From positions 36,890,001-36,954,000 of the forward strand of contig OX597834.1 of the NCBI GenBank assembly GCA_951406725.2: a stretch of 64,000 nucleotides of DNA, read 5' to 3'. The notes under the pieces were generated by a model. That model did not search any database and was not told the DNA's origin. It saw nothing but the letters and a program-made list of their open reading frames with translations. This DNA comes from Octopus vulgaris. Lineage: Eukaryota. The position numbers and the translations under genes were made by a program. Shown piece after piece: positions 12,683 to 27,959 of the stretch. Each line of letters begins with the position of its first letter. Position 1 is the first letter of the stretch.

Positions 12683-13119
12683 TGGCTGGCTGGTTTTATC
12701 GATGGACTCCAAGAAGGAACACATTATTACAATATCATTCCTAAGGGAAATCTATGTACTTCTAACGCCCTTCTTAGTTTTTATCCCAGCTACCGACGAG
12801 TACAGATTTGACCGTTCCGATTTTCCATTATGAATATCTGAGTCTTTTTGTATGAAACAAATTGTATAGCAGCATGAATAAATAAAGCTATAATCCAGTT
12901 TAACATCTAATCTCCTCCATTACATAAATATGAGCGAATTTGTTGAACTCTTTTTAATAAGTTAAATCATATACTGACTACTCCTATATACGTTTTCATA
13001 CCTATACAAATTTACGTTAGTAAATTCAAAAGTAAGGCATGAAGAAACGTTAGAAATCTTTGGAAATTACTCCACTTAAAGATCGAATTCACATTCAGCC
13101 ATTAAAAAATGTATATATA

Positions 13120-13283
13120 TACGGTAGGCTTCTTTCCGTTTCTATCTTACAAATCCAGCCACAAGGGTTTGGTTAGCCCGAGGATATAGTAGAATATACT
13201 TGACAAGGTACCATTCAGTGGGAACGAACCCGGAAACATGTGGTTGGAGAGGAAGCTTCTTACCACACAGCCACGCCTGCACC
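13120..13283 (-). mobile_element. CORE-like tRNA-derived SINE, 5' half
   Basis: Reverse complement matches the head of the full copy at 20881-21287. Confidence 0.8.
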
Positions 13284-13314
13284 ATTATATATATATATAT
13301 ATATATGTGTGTGT

Positions 13315-13515
13315 GACCTCGTGTGTACCGTTGGCGATATTTTGTTCCTCTGTCTTCCCTTCTCTGGCTCTTTCCTTCTCCTATGTTTCCGACGAAGAGC
13401 TCCGCTCGAAACGTTAAACCCTCCTTCTTTCCTGAGCGTCCAATAATACTATATTTGTTCCACATCCTCGCGTTGTTGTGTTTTTTTTTGTGCTTTCTTA
13501 TTTGGATTAACTATA
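13315..13515 (+). mobile_element. Penelope pLTR-like short element with minimal hammerhead motif
   Basis: Near-identical inverted copy at 19895-20060. Contains gttt-CCGACGA-A-GAGC-tcc-GCTC-GAAACGTT-aaac (13385-13419). Confidence 0.65.
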
Positions 13516-13979
13516 TTTATATGTGTGTATGTGTGTGTGAGTGTGTATCCTTCTGTCTGTGTTTGTATGTGTTACTGTGTGTGAAAATATATTAAGTATA
13601 CTTAAATATATGTATGTATATATATATTACATGTAATATATATATGTATGTATATATATATATATATATATATAATGTGTGTGCGCACATAAATATACAC
13701 ATACACACACACATAGACATCCTACTTCTCAATTTCGTGCTATCACTCTTCTTCTCATCCCTCCTCTTACCTCACCCCCTCCTCCTCGCTCCGAACTTCT
13801 CCGTGTCTGTCATTTATATCTGGTTCCTTTAACAACTCTATTTAGAAGTTATATACATCATTCTAGTCAATAGATTCAGTAAGAGGAATGGTTACAGAGA
13901 CGTGGGCTTTTCACCCAAGGGGGTCCGGTTCTTCTTTTCCAAGCTTTCCCATTACAAGCTGGAATCTCAATCAGTCACC

Positions 13980-14470
<491 letters not shown>

Positions 14471-14704
14471 GATGTGGTTGTAATTGTTGCTGCTGTTTCT
14501 TTTTGTTTGTTTTTGTTATGATGTTGTCATCCTTGTTGTTAAAAACGGAGTTACAGAGCTGTCCAATTCTCATTGCACTACTCTCCCTCTCTCTCTCTCT
14601 CTCTCTCTACCGCACAGCACCATACAAAAACTACAACAAAACAACAAATAAAGCGCATATGCTTGTCATACACACACACACGTAGTAATTATATGTGTGT
14701 ACAA

Positions 14705-14761
<57 letters not shown>

Positions 14762-15185
14762 TATGAAAACTAAATTTAATACAAAATTTTAACAACTCTT
14801 GGGAACACATTGTATAGTAAAACAGCCAACGTGCGTGTTTACATATATATGTTAATGTGTATACATGGGAGTACGTATGTGTATGTGTGTGTGTGTGGAA
14901 GCGTGCGTCAGTATGTACGTATATGATGTGCGTGTGTGTATATATATATACATATATACGTATGTGTTTGTGTGTAGATATATTTGCTCATATAGATACA
15001 TATGTGGATATAGTTATGTGTGCTTAATGTAGGTGTGTATCTGTGTGTGTTTGAGACTATGTGTATCATCTACCTGCGAGTTGATATAAATACGAGTATA
15101 TAGATGTGCGTGTGTATAGAGTGAGTGTGTGTGTGTGTGTATATTTATAAATATATGTGTACATATGTGTATACGTGTGTATGTG

Positions 15186-15570
15186 ATGTGTGGTAAGTAG
15201 CTTGCTTTCCAACAACATGGTTCCAGGTTCAGTCCCATTGCCTCCTAGGGCCTTGGGCAAGTGTTTTCTACTATGGCCTCGGGCCGACCAAAGCTGATAG
15301 AAACCCGTCGTATATATAAATATATATATGTTTATGTGTGTGTGTATGTATTTATATGTATATGCTTATGTGCCTGTTTCTCCCCTCCCCACCATCGCAT
15401 GACAACTGATGTGTGTGTGTGTTTATGTCCCCGTTACTTAGCTGTAGGACAAAAATGACCGATAGAATAAATACTGGGCTTACAAAGAATAAGTCCCGGG
15501 TTCGATTTGTTCAACTAAATTCGGTGCTCCAAGAATATGTGCAGTCAGATGACTGAAACAAATGAAAGAA
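15186..15570 (+). mobile_element. CORE-like SINE, near full length, diverged
   Basis: tgtgtggtaagtagcttgct...ccttgggcaagtgttttctactatggcctcgggccgacc...gactgaaacaa, as at 20881. Confidence 0.8.
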
Positions 15571-15588
15571 TATATATATGTATGTATA

Positions 15589-15627
<39 letters not shown>

Positions 15628-15789
15628 ATGTATATATATGTACGTATATATATATATATATACACATACATATATATATATATGTAAAAATATATATATA
15701 TTCGTATATATATAAACATATAAATTTCATACATATGCGTGCACACATACACTCACTCACTCACACACACACACACACACAGACAGACA

Positions 15790-15829
<40 letters not shown>

Positions 15830-16335
15830 CGCTACTTCCATATGCCTTTGCCTTCTCTGTTTAAACACGTCAACGATAGATGGAAACAAAAAAAACAACA
15901 ACAACCTCCAGAAATTTCTTTTTAAAATGGCGATTGCAGGCAACGCATTTTGTCCGAAGCAACAAAAACAAACGAATGGAAACGGTTTTTTAAAACGGGA
16001 ACCCCATGGGAGGGATCAGTGTGATGTCAACAAGACCCTATAACAGCGATCAAATGTAACCTTATATAACCCTTCGCCATTCTCAACATCAATTTGCCGC
16101 TTCGTTTCTCCTCTCGTTTATCACTATGCTCACGCTGCCACATTTTTTCTCCTCTTTCACTTCGTTTCATTTCACGTCGATTTTCGTTTATGTTTTTTTG
16201 AAACTTATACGTATTCATTCTTTTCTGACTATTTAGTTAACATAATTATTTAAATTAACCGTGGACTCACAGCTTAATATTCTGTTTCTGCTTAGTTGTT
16301 CACCTCTGACGCTTTATTATTATTACTATTATTAC

Positions 16336-16376
<41 letters not shown>

Positions 16377-16390
16377 TTTATCATCATCAC

Positions 16391-16597
<207 letters not shown>

Positions 16598-16609
16598 CAT
16601 CATCATCAC

Positions 16610-16663
<54 letters not shown>

Positions 16664-16681
16664 TGTTAATACAATTATTGA

Positions 16682-17070
16682 GGCGGTAAGCTGGCAGAAT
16701 CGTTAGTAAGTCCCGAGCAAAATGCCTAGCGGTATTGCGTCTGCCGTTACGTTCTGAGTTCAAATTCCGCCGAGGTCGACTTTGCCTTTCATCATTTCGG
16801 GGTCGATAAATTAAGTACCAGTTACGCACTGGGGTCGATATAATCGACTTAATTCGTCTGTCTGTCCTTGTTTGTCCTCCTCTGTGTCTAGCCCCTTGTG
16901 GCTAGTAAAGAAATAGGTATTGCGTCCGCCTTCACGTTCTGAGTTCAGACTCCACCTTTCATCCTTTCGGGGTCGATAAACTAAGTACCAGCTGAGCACT
17001 GCGAGGGTGGGGGGAGCAGTGAGGTAGGTCGGTCCTGAAATTGCTGGCATTGTACCAAAATCTGAAACCA
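16682..17070 (+). mobile_element. Dimeric Meta-domain-like SINE
   Basis: Head plus two core units joined by the same linker as at 2729. Confidence 0.85.
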
Positions 17071-18014
17071 TTATCATCATTATCATTACTATAATTATTA
17101 TTATCATGATCATCATGATCATCATGATGATGATGATAGTCATCATGATTATCATCATCATCATTGTTGTTGTTGTCATTGTCTTCCCTCTGCTCCTTTG
17201 CCTCCCCACCTTTTCCTCCTTATTGCCATCATCATCATCATCATTATCATCATCATCATTGTTGTCATTCTCCTACCTCTGCTACTTCGCCTTCCCCCAT
17301 CTTTTCTTTCTTATTACCGTCATCATCATCATTATCATCATCATCAACATCATCATCATCATCACGTCATTTTTTTTTTGGTCTGTTGTCTTCAGTACAC
17401 GTATCATGCTTTTCGTATCCATGTTGATATATGTATGTACACGTGTGTAAGCCGTCTATCTGTCTATCTGCCTAGGTATCTATTTATCCATCTAAATAAA
17501 GCGATCTCTTAAATTTCTTTCTCCTTCTTTTGTTTGTTTGTTTCCTTTCTGTGTATTTTCACTTTTTTCTTTTTACCTGTTGTTTCAGGTTTTCTTTATT
17601 TTTTACTAAATTTCATTCTACATTTACTGAATAAACAATAAAAGAACTTCCGAACCATCATACGCAGACACACAACATACACATACACACGCACACGCAT
17701 ACACACGCACACACACACACGCATACGGACAAAGTTATTTGAAAATTAAATACATATAATTAATGAAATAAAAGCATAAGAAAAACATGTTTTGTGTACT
17801 TGCGTTTAATTATATATATATATATATACATACATACATACACACACACATATATATATATATATACATACATATATATATATACATATATATATACATG
17901 TGCATATATATGTGTGTATATATATATATGTGTGTGTGTGTGATATATGTATGTATATAGATCCATATCCATTTATATAAATATACACCTATACATAGAT
18001 ATATATGTATATAC

Positions 18015-18066
<52 letters not shown>

Positions 18067-18126
18067 GTATATAGATACATAAGCATGTATATAAATGTAT
18101 ATATATATATATATATATATATTTAA

Positions 18127-18162
<36 letters not shown>

Positions 18163-18183
18163 TTTATTGCATATGTGTATGTA

Positions 18184-18227
<44 letters not shown>

Positions 18228-18432
18228 CAGCTTATTGTATATGTGTATGTATGTATGTACGTATAATGAAGCGTAAAAGATACTAACTGCCTGAAAAAAC
18301 TGAACAACCATCGTAACAACTACAAAAACAATCTGACATCTGGAGATATACGAGATCTCACTCTCCCGCTCTCTCTCCCTCTCCCGCTTCCTCCGCTTCT
18401 CTCTCTCTCTCTCTTCTTCTTCATCTCTCTCG

Positions 18433-18469
<37 letters not shown>

Positions 18470-18606
18470 TCAGCTAAAAAAATAGTCAACGTTTGACTGA
18501 AGACGAGTTTTTTTTTTAAATTGTAGAACTGCTTCGTTTGGAAAAGATGTATATTGTATTTACCTACAGTTTCTTTAAAACATTCTACAGGAACTACATA
18601 CATTTA

Positions 18607-18642
<36 letters not shown>

Positions 18643-18772
18643 TAGTAGTAGTAGTTGTTGTTGTTGTTGTTGTTGTAGTAGTAGTAGTAGTAGTAGTAGT
18701 CGCAGCAGGACTGGCAGTAACATTAGTAGTATTGGTGGTTGTAGTATTAGTAATACTAGAAACAGCAGTAGC

Positions 18773-18910
<138 letters not shown>

Positions 18911-19042
18911 TTCTTTTATTTATTTAATTGTTTTAGCATTTCATTATATGTAACCCCCACCCCCTACGCTTTATGTCTGACTTTGTATTGTCTCCCTCAA
19001 TCTCAGCCCTGGTGGCATATAAATGAAATCTATTATTATTAA

Positions 19043-19118
<76 letters not shown>

Positions 19119-19315
19119 CCCCCCCACCTGCTGGCCTCGCTCCAAAATTTGAAACCGTTATTAGTAGTAATAGTAGTAGCAGCAACAGTAGTTCCAGTAG
19201 TCAACGTTGTCGTCGTAGTAGTAGTAGTAGTAGCATCAGCAGTAGTAGTAGTAATAGTAGCAGTAGTCGTCGTCGTCGTTGTAGTAGTAATAGTAGTAGT
19301 AGTAGAAGTAGTATT

Positions 19316-19395
<80 letters not shown>

Positions 19396-19688
19396 GTCAT
19401 TTAAATAAACACAATTTGATGTGTTCCCAGAGTAAATAGTGTCACTGCCAATACATGAAGCCAAAATTGAAAATGGCGAAAAAAAACACAAGATTTGGAT
19501 TTTTACCACACACATATTTTAAATTACATTTCTTATTCTCTCTTTTCTCTCCCCTCCATATTTGTCTACGTGTATCTGAGAGAACACGTCTGTTTGTTTG
19601 CATGTATTTGTGTGTTTGTTGCAATATTAAATTTTATTGCCAGAAAATCATAAAATCGTGAAAAACTTAGGAAAAAAAAAAGAAAGTT

Positions 19689-19856
19689 GGCGTAGGTATG
19701 GCTGTGTGGTAAGAAGCTTGCTTCCTAACCACATGTTTCTGGGTTCAGTCCCAGTGCGTGGCAACTTGGGCGAGTGTCTTCCGCTATAGCCTTGGGCCGA
19801 TCAAAGAGCCTTCTGAGTAGATTTAGCAGACGGAAACTGAAAGAAGTCCGTCGTAT
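19689..19856 (+). mobile_element. CORE-like SINE, 5' half
   Basis: Matches 20881-21046. Confidence 0.8.
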
Positions 19857-19858
19857 GC

Positions 19859-19893
<35 letters not shown>

Positions 19894-19894
19894 A

Positions 19895-20058
19895 AGTTAA
19901 TCCAAACAAGAAAGCACAAAAAAACACAACAACGCGGGGACGTGGAACAAATATAGTATTATTGGACATTCAGGAAAGAAGGAGGGTTCAACGTTTCGAG
20001 CGGAGCTCTTCGTCGGAAACATAGGAGAAGGAAAGATCCAGAGAAGGGAAGACAGAGG

Positions 20059-20060
<2 letters not shown>
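19895..20060 (-). mobile_element. Penelope pLTR-like short element with hammerhead motif (copy of the 13315 family)
   Basis: Reverse complement of 13340-13510; flanked on both sides by (TA)n. Confidence 0.65.
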
Positions 20061-20096
<36 letters not shown>

Positions 20097-20100
<4 letters not shown>

Positions 20101-20299
20101 GTAACTGTAATATGTGACAATTATTCGGTAGCCAAAATAAAACTCCGAGTTTCGGATGCCGGGGTGGAAATCCACGCCACCATCTCTTTTGTTGGTCGGA
20201 TAACTGAAGAGATGGTGGCATGGATTTCCACCTCGGCATCCGAAACTCGGAGTTTTATCTTGGCTAATGAATAATTGTCACATATTATATTTACAGATA
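20097..20299 (+). mobile_element. Fold-back (inverted) pLTR-like element containing a type I hammerhead motif
   Basis: Arms ~20097-20188 and 20207-20299 are reverse complements with few mismatches. ggataa-CTGAAGA(20204)-gatg..catc-cGAAACTCGGAGTT-ttatct. Confidence 0.7.
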
Positions 20300-20303
20300 A
20301 ATT

Positions 20304-20377
<74 letters not shown>

Positions 20378-20747
20378 TACACGACAGGCTTCTTTCAGTT
20401 TCTGTCTATCAAATCCACTCACAAAGTTTTGGTCGGCCCGATGCTAAATTAGAAGACACTTGACCAAGGCGCCACGCATCGGGATTGAAACCGTAACCAT
20501 ATATGTGTGTACGTATGTATGTATGCATGTATGTATGTATTTATGTGTGTGTGTTTGTGTCTGTGTTTATCTACCCCACCATCACCGCTTGACAACAAGT
20601 GCTGGTGTGCTTACCTCACAGTAACTTAGCGGTTCGGCAAAAGGAACCGATAGGATGAGTACTAAGCTTTAAAAAAGTCATGATGTTGATTTGTTCGGCT
20701 ATAATCCCAAACATGCATACATACATACATACGCACACATAAATACA

Positions 20748-21327
<580 letters not shown>

Positions 21328-21919
21328 ACGCAAGTCTATATGACTATGTGAGTATATGTTTGTATGTATAAATGCATTTATACATATACACACACGTATA
21401 CACACATACACACGCACACATGTGGACAAGGAAGTGAGATTGAAAATTTATGACACTGACAAACGTCACATTCACCTTTCCGTTCCCAATGCCATATGAC
21501 CACGTGATATTAACAGCCAATATCCTGCAATAACTTCTCGCTTATCTACAATATTCATCGAATGTCAAACCAGGTTTCATACGGAGATTATGTCCATCTT
21601 AGCTGTCCATCTGTTTCCTGTGTCCACGCTACAGCAATCCTAGAAGACAGAATGGGAATTTGCTTTAACAAAAAAAATATATTTTCTTGATTTTTCTTTA
21701 GTTTAATATTTCTCTTTCTTTCTTTTTTTTCTATGACAATAAGTTTCGTAGTTAGTTGTGATGTTGGTGATAAATATGATGATGATGATGACGATGATGA
21801 TGATGAGGAGGATGAGGAGGAGGAGGAGGACATTGACAGTGATGGTGTTGGAAACGACGACGACAGCTCTGAGATGTCGACTTCCACTTCCTCGTGGTCT
21901 CAGCCATTGTCATCATTAA

Positions 21920-21958
<39 letters not shown>

Positions 21959-22184
21959 TATCATCGTGATCATCATCATCGTGATCATCATCATCGTGAT
22001 CATCATCATCCTCATCATCATTGTCATCATCATCATCATTGTCATCATCATTATCATCGTGATCATCATCATCCTCATCATCATTGTCATCATCATCATC
22101 ATTGTCATCAATATCGTCGTCGTCGTCATCATCATTATAGTCACCATCATTGTCCTCATCATCATCATCACCTCCACTATCATC

Positions 22185-22216
<32 letters not shown>

Positions 22217-22769
22217 CATCATCAACATAAAAATGATAATGTTAAGGATTGAAACGCTGCTGTTGTTGACGACGACGACGAGGGCGACGATGATGATGAT
22301 GATGATGTCTGAAAAAGCAAAACACAACAGGCGGCGTTGGTGGTGACGATAGTGATGGTTGTGACTTTGATGGTTTTGATGATGAACATGTTGATGACGA
22401 CGATGGAGGTGGTGCTGATGATGCTGATCCTGAGGGGGAGGAGAAGGCGGAGAAAAATCAGAAAAAGAAAGGGAAGGAAAAGGGGGGGGGGAATGATGGG
22501 GGCGGTGAGAAAGGCAGCTTTCGACGATATTGATTCTGGCGATAGTCCTAGTGATGATGGCGGTTGTGGTGTCAGGTAATGGCGGTGCTACTGGATATAA
22601 TGGTGGTGATACTGGTGGTAATGATGATGATGATGAGGATGATGATGAAGATGATGATGATGACGATGGCGTTGTTGACAGTGGGCAATGGAGACACCTG
22701 GTGATGGCGTCGAGTTGATTTCTTTATGATTGTGTGACACCAGGAAGTTGTAGACATTTCTACAACAGG

Positions 22770-22824
<55 letters not shown>

Positions 22825-23188
22825 GTGAAGTTTAAGTAAGTTGTCCATTGTAAGAGATCGGAATTTGTGTGTGCGTGTGTGTGTGTGCGTACGTGTGTGT
22901 ATATGTATGTGCGAATGCGCGCATCTACATATTAGACTCGTACAGCTATATATATCACATAGCTACATAAACATGCAAACACCTATATATATATATATAT
23001 GTAAGGATAAGGTCGTTATTTGAAATATCGATCATATCAAGTGGCTAGCATGGGAATAAAAACCTCATATGTAGTAATTATTATTAAAATTATAATTAAG
23101 GGTATCTAAAAGATACTACCATGCTAGTCATACCAGCCAAATCTTGACTCTAATGCGGTTTTAGAGTCAAGTTTTGGCTGCTATATCT

Positions 23189-23239
<51 letters not shown>

Positions 23240-23261
23240 ACACACACACATACACACACAC

Positions 23262-23311
<50 letters not shown>

Positions 23312-23421
23312 ATATATGTGTGTGTATAGAAGTGGGGCGTGCATTTATAACTTTCTCTCTCTCTCTCCCTCTCTCTCTATATATATATAGCTATAAATGA
23401 TGAAATTATTTTTACCAAATA

Positions 23422-23454
<33 letters not shown>

Positions 23455-23813
23455 TAATAATAATAATAACAATATCAGTGTCGAGAATGCATTAAAAACC
23501 GTAGAGGTAAAAATTAATATAAGTCTATAATTATGTATATACAATTGTAATGAAGGGTACTGGGAAAAGCACCAGCATGCTAGAAATAGAAATCAAAAAG
23601 ACTCTAAACCACCTAAAACACTTACTGGTGAAAGCGAGGGAATGAGCAAAAGAAGCGTGCATTTTGTGAATATATATATATATATATAAATATATATAAA
23701 TTATAAATATATATAAATATATATAAATTATAAGTCCTGGGTCGATTTGTTCGACTAAAGGCTGTTCTCCAGCGTGGCCGCAGTCAAATGAGACTGAAAC
23801 AAGTAGAAGAGTA

Positions 23814-23862
<49 letters not shown>

Positions 23863-24263
23863 GTGGCACTGACTAACGATAGAGAAATTATATCATGAAA
23901 GACGAAACACACACGACTATCCGACGCAAACACTTTGATCCCCTCTTCAACTGTTTGGTCAAAAGTCATCATAATTTCGACACAGTCATATATGTTGATG
24001 AATGGAAACGTCGTCGACAATGCTGAATCAGTTTCATAACCACTGGATTAGCGTTTGAAGTTGCTGATTATCCCACAAGCATATCTAGATTAACATAGTT
24101 TTTAAGCAGAATTAGAAGTGTATCTAGGCAGAGCTAATGAATTAGAATAGGTGTAATTCTACTCAATTTCCGTCCATCCAATCTCACTCAGAAGGCTTAG
24201 CATGATTTCGGGTAAGGTTAAGGTACCATACTATGCCGTGATGATGCCTCGAACTTGAGTCGA

Positions 24264-24298
<35 letters not shown>

Positions 24299-24415
24299 GT
24301 TTGTTTGTTTGTATGTTTTTCTGTATATTTATGTTTGTATGTATGTATGTATGTATGTATGTATGTATGTATGTATGTATGTATGTATGTATGTATATAT
24401 GTATGTATGCACGTT

Positions 24416-24490
<75 letters not shown>

Positions 24491-26034
24491 ATCTATCTAT
24501 ATGTCTGTTTGTGTATCTACTTATCTATCTCTATATGTACATGTAACTGCTTGTCTGTATATGCGTGTACGAGTGTGTGTATGCTTGAGCGTGTTGTATG
24601 CTTGTACGATGGAGTCTGAGTGTGTGTGTAAATGTGTGTGTTTGTGGTGTCAGAATAAATCATTTTTACGTCTATATTTGACAGCGATTCTGTTCCGAAT
24701 GATAATTAACGGATTTCCGATGTCTCCTGATAGTAATAGATATAAGGCTTTATGACTGCACGCACACATACACCCACATATTCAAACATACACACATGAA
24801 CACATATGCATACAAATACACACACATACACACGTGAGAACACATTCTCACACTTAAATATACACATACAGACAAACACACTCACGCACACATAAAATAC
24901 ACACATACACACTCACGCACACATACAATACACACATACACACACTCATGTGCACTCACGACATACATCTACTCTCAAACACACACTTGCACACACGCAT
25001 ACACAAACACACTCTCACACGTACACACATACACATGTTCACGCACATACACATACACACACTATCTGCGCGCACGCCCACACACACACACTCACACTCA
25101 TACACGTATACACGTACACACATACAGACACTCACGCGCACACACACATACACTCCCACAGACATATACACCTACACTCATACACTCGTACACACACATA
25201 CATAAACACACACACACACTGTTACACATTCATACACACGTACATCCATACACAAACACACATACATACACATACACACACATGTTACACATTCAAATAC
25301 ACGTACACACATACACGAACACATACATACATATACACACACATACTCCGACGCAAACAGAGAAGCACATATACACATACACATACTGTTACACATTCAT
25401 ACACACGTACACACATACACAAACACAAATACATACACATATACACACACATACGCCGACGCACACAGAAAAGCACATATACACATACACACAATATTAC
25501 ACATTCATACACACGTACACACATACACGAACACATATATACACACATACTCCGACGCACACAGAAAAGCACAGATACACATACAAGACCACACTCACAC
25601 ACATTCATACATTTACAAGCAAGCACGTACCCTTATAGATTCTTTATCAAAATACTCCACTGCCCCTCCCCCGATTTCCACATTTATATAAAATATACAA
25701 AATATATAAAAAAAAAAAAGAACTTAAGCACCTGTTACATTTTATTTTCTCATTGACGGTATTTTCGTTCTTCCATCACTATTCCCGTCTCACGTCTTTT
25801 GTTTTTGTGACATCTTAAAATATAACGTCTTAACTCGTTATTGCTATATAAAGAATAGGAAAAACAAACAAGCGCACAGGCGTGGCTGTGTGGTAAGAGG
25901 TTTGCTTCCCAGCTATGAGGTTACGGTTTCAGTCCTACTGTGTGGCACCTTGGGGCAAGTTTTTTTTTTCTGCTATAGCCTCGCGCCGACCAACGATCCT
26001 GGCGGGAGAATTCGATGGACGGCCACTCCAAGAA

Positions 26035-26460
26035 GCCCTGCCCTATTTAACATTATCCCAAAACTGATCAAAGAGGAAAAGGATCCCATCATCTTTAAAC
26101 GGAATCTGGACAAATTTCTTCAAGGAATACCAGATAAGCCACCTGTATAAAAAAAAAATTATAAATGTACCCTTTTAAAGCCTAGCCAGGCTCATGGGCC
26201 CGGTTTCCCGGTTTCTATGGCCTATGTGTTCTCCAGCTGGATAGGACGCCAGTCCATCGCAGTGTTACTCATTTTTTCCCAGCTGAGTGGACTGGAGCAA
26301 CGTGAAATGAAGTGTTTTGCTCAAGAACACAACGCGTCGCCCGGTCCAGGAATCGAAACCACAATCTTACGATTATGGTGCTAACACCCTAACCACTAAG
26401 CCACACACCTATACCTGTATACAACTCACTCAACAAGAACTTCCTACTTTAATAGACCAT
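26035..26460 (+). mobile_element. CR1/L2-like LINE 3' fragment interrupted by a SINE
   Basis: PALFNIIPKLIKEEKDPIIFKRNLDKFLQGIPDKPPV, resuming YNSLNKNFLL after the insertion; similar to the 27505 fragment. Confidence 0.65.
26150..26412 (-). mobile_element. V-domain-like tRNA-derived SINE with 9-bp target-site duplication
   Basis: Minus-strand head gtggcttagtggttagggtg...gtttcgattcctgg, then ttgtgttcttgagcaaaacacttca. TSD acctgtata at 26141-26149 and 26413-26421. Confidence 0.8.
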
Positions 26461-27204
26461 GATGCCACAAAACGTGACTTAAAAAAGATTTAGATAATCC
26501 TATTAGGTGATGCTATTAAGTTAGATATGGTCTGGACCAATCTTTGGCCGAAACATATCTAAGTTTACGTATATAAAGTCTATTATAGCCGAAATCCAAT
26601 GACAGAAATTTGTGAATGAGAAGACTCTCGAGTAGCGAGGATTGCTGATGTATATTTAGGGAAGAAATTTTTGGTATAGATAAACTGCGTCGATAACAGG
26701 GATAAAATAGGGGCAGAAAAAGGGACAATGATGACACGGCGATGATTGAGAGTCAGAGAAAGGAAATGGCTGCAAAACCGTTCCACTAGAAGAAATGAAT
26801 AAATGGTACATGTTGCAGGAAACTAGAGAAACAGGTGCCGAACAGAAGGAAAGAACCAGAACAAGGGAAATATGTATGAGTAACGAGAGATTGCATTTGT
26901 TTGGCAAAGGAGTTGAGAGGGGCGGGGGTGGAGTGACATCTGTATCTGATTGTCAAATTATCAGATTCTTTGATTGTGAAATTGTCAGATTGTCGAAATA
27001 ACGGGGAAAGAATGTGGTGTAGAGAGATATGAAAAAAAAAAATCGAAACACCAGAGTCCCGTAAATAAAATTATTCTACAAATTAATGACATTTATAGAA
27101 AGTTATGGAATGGAATAGTGCTTGTTGTTGTTGCTGTTGTTGTCGTTGTTTTTGTTAGCTAACAACGCCACAAACAAACGCACAGCGATTTTCCACAAAT
27201 GTAG

Positions 27205-27237
<33 letters not shown>

Positions 27238-27366
27238 GTCTGTGTGTGTGTGTGTATGTATATATATGTATATATATATATGTGTGTGTGTGTATGTATA
27301 TATATGTATATATATGTATATATATAAATGTGTGTGTATGTATATATATGTATATATATGTATATA

Positions 27367-27890
<524 letters not shown>

Positions 27891-27959
27891 ATATATATAT
27901 GCTATTTCAAAGCAGCTTGTTCGAGAAACGAAATGTCAGACATCCTAAGAGCGAGAAAC

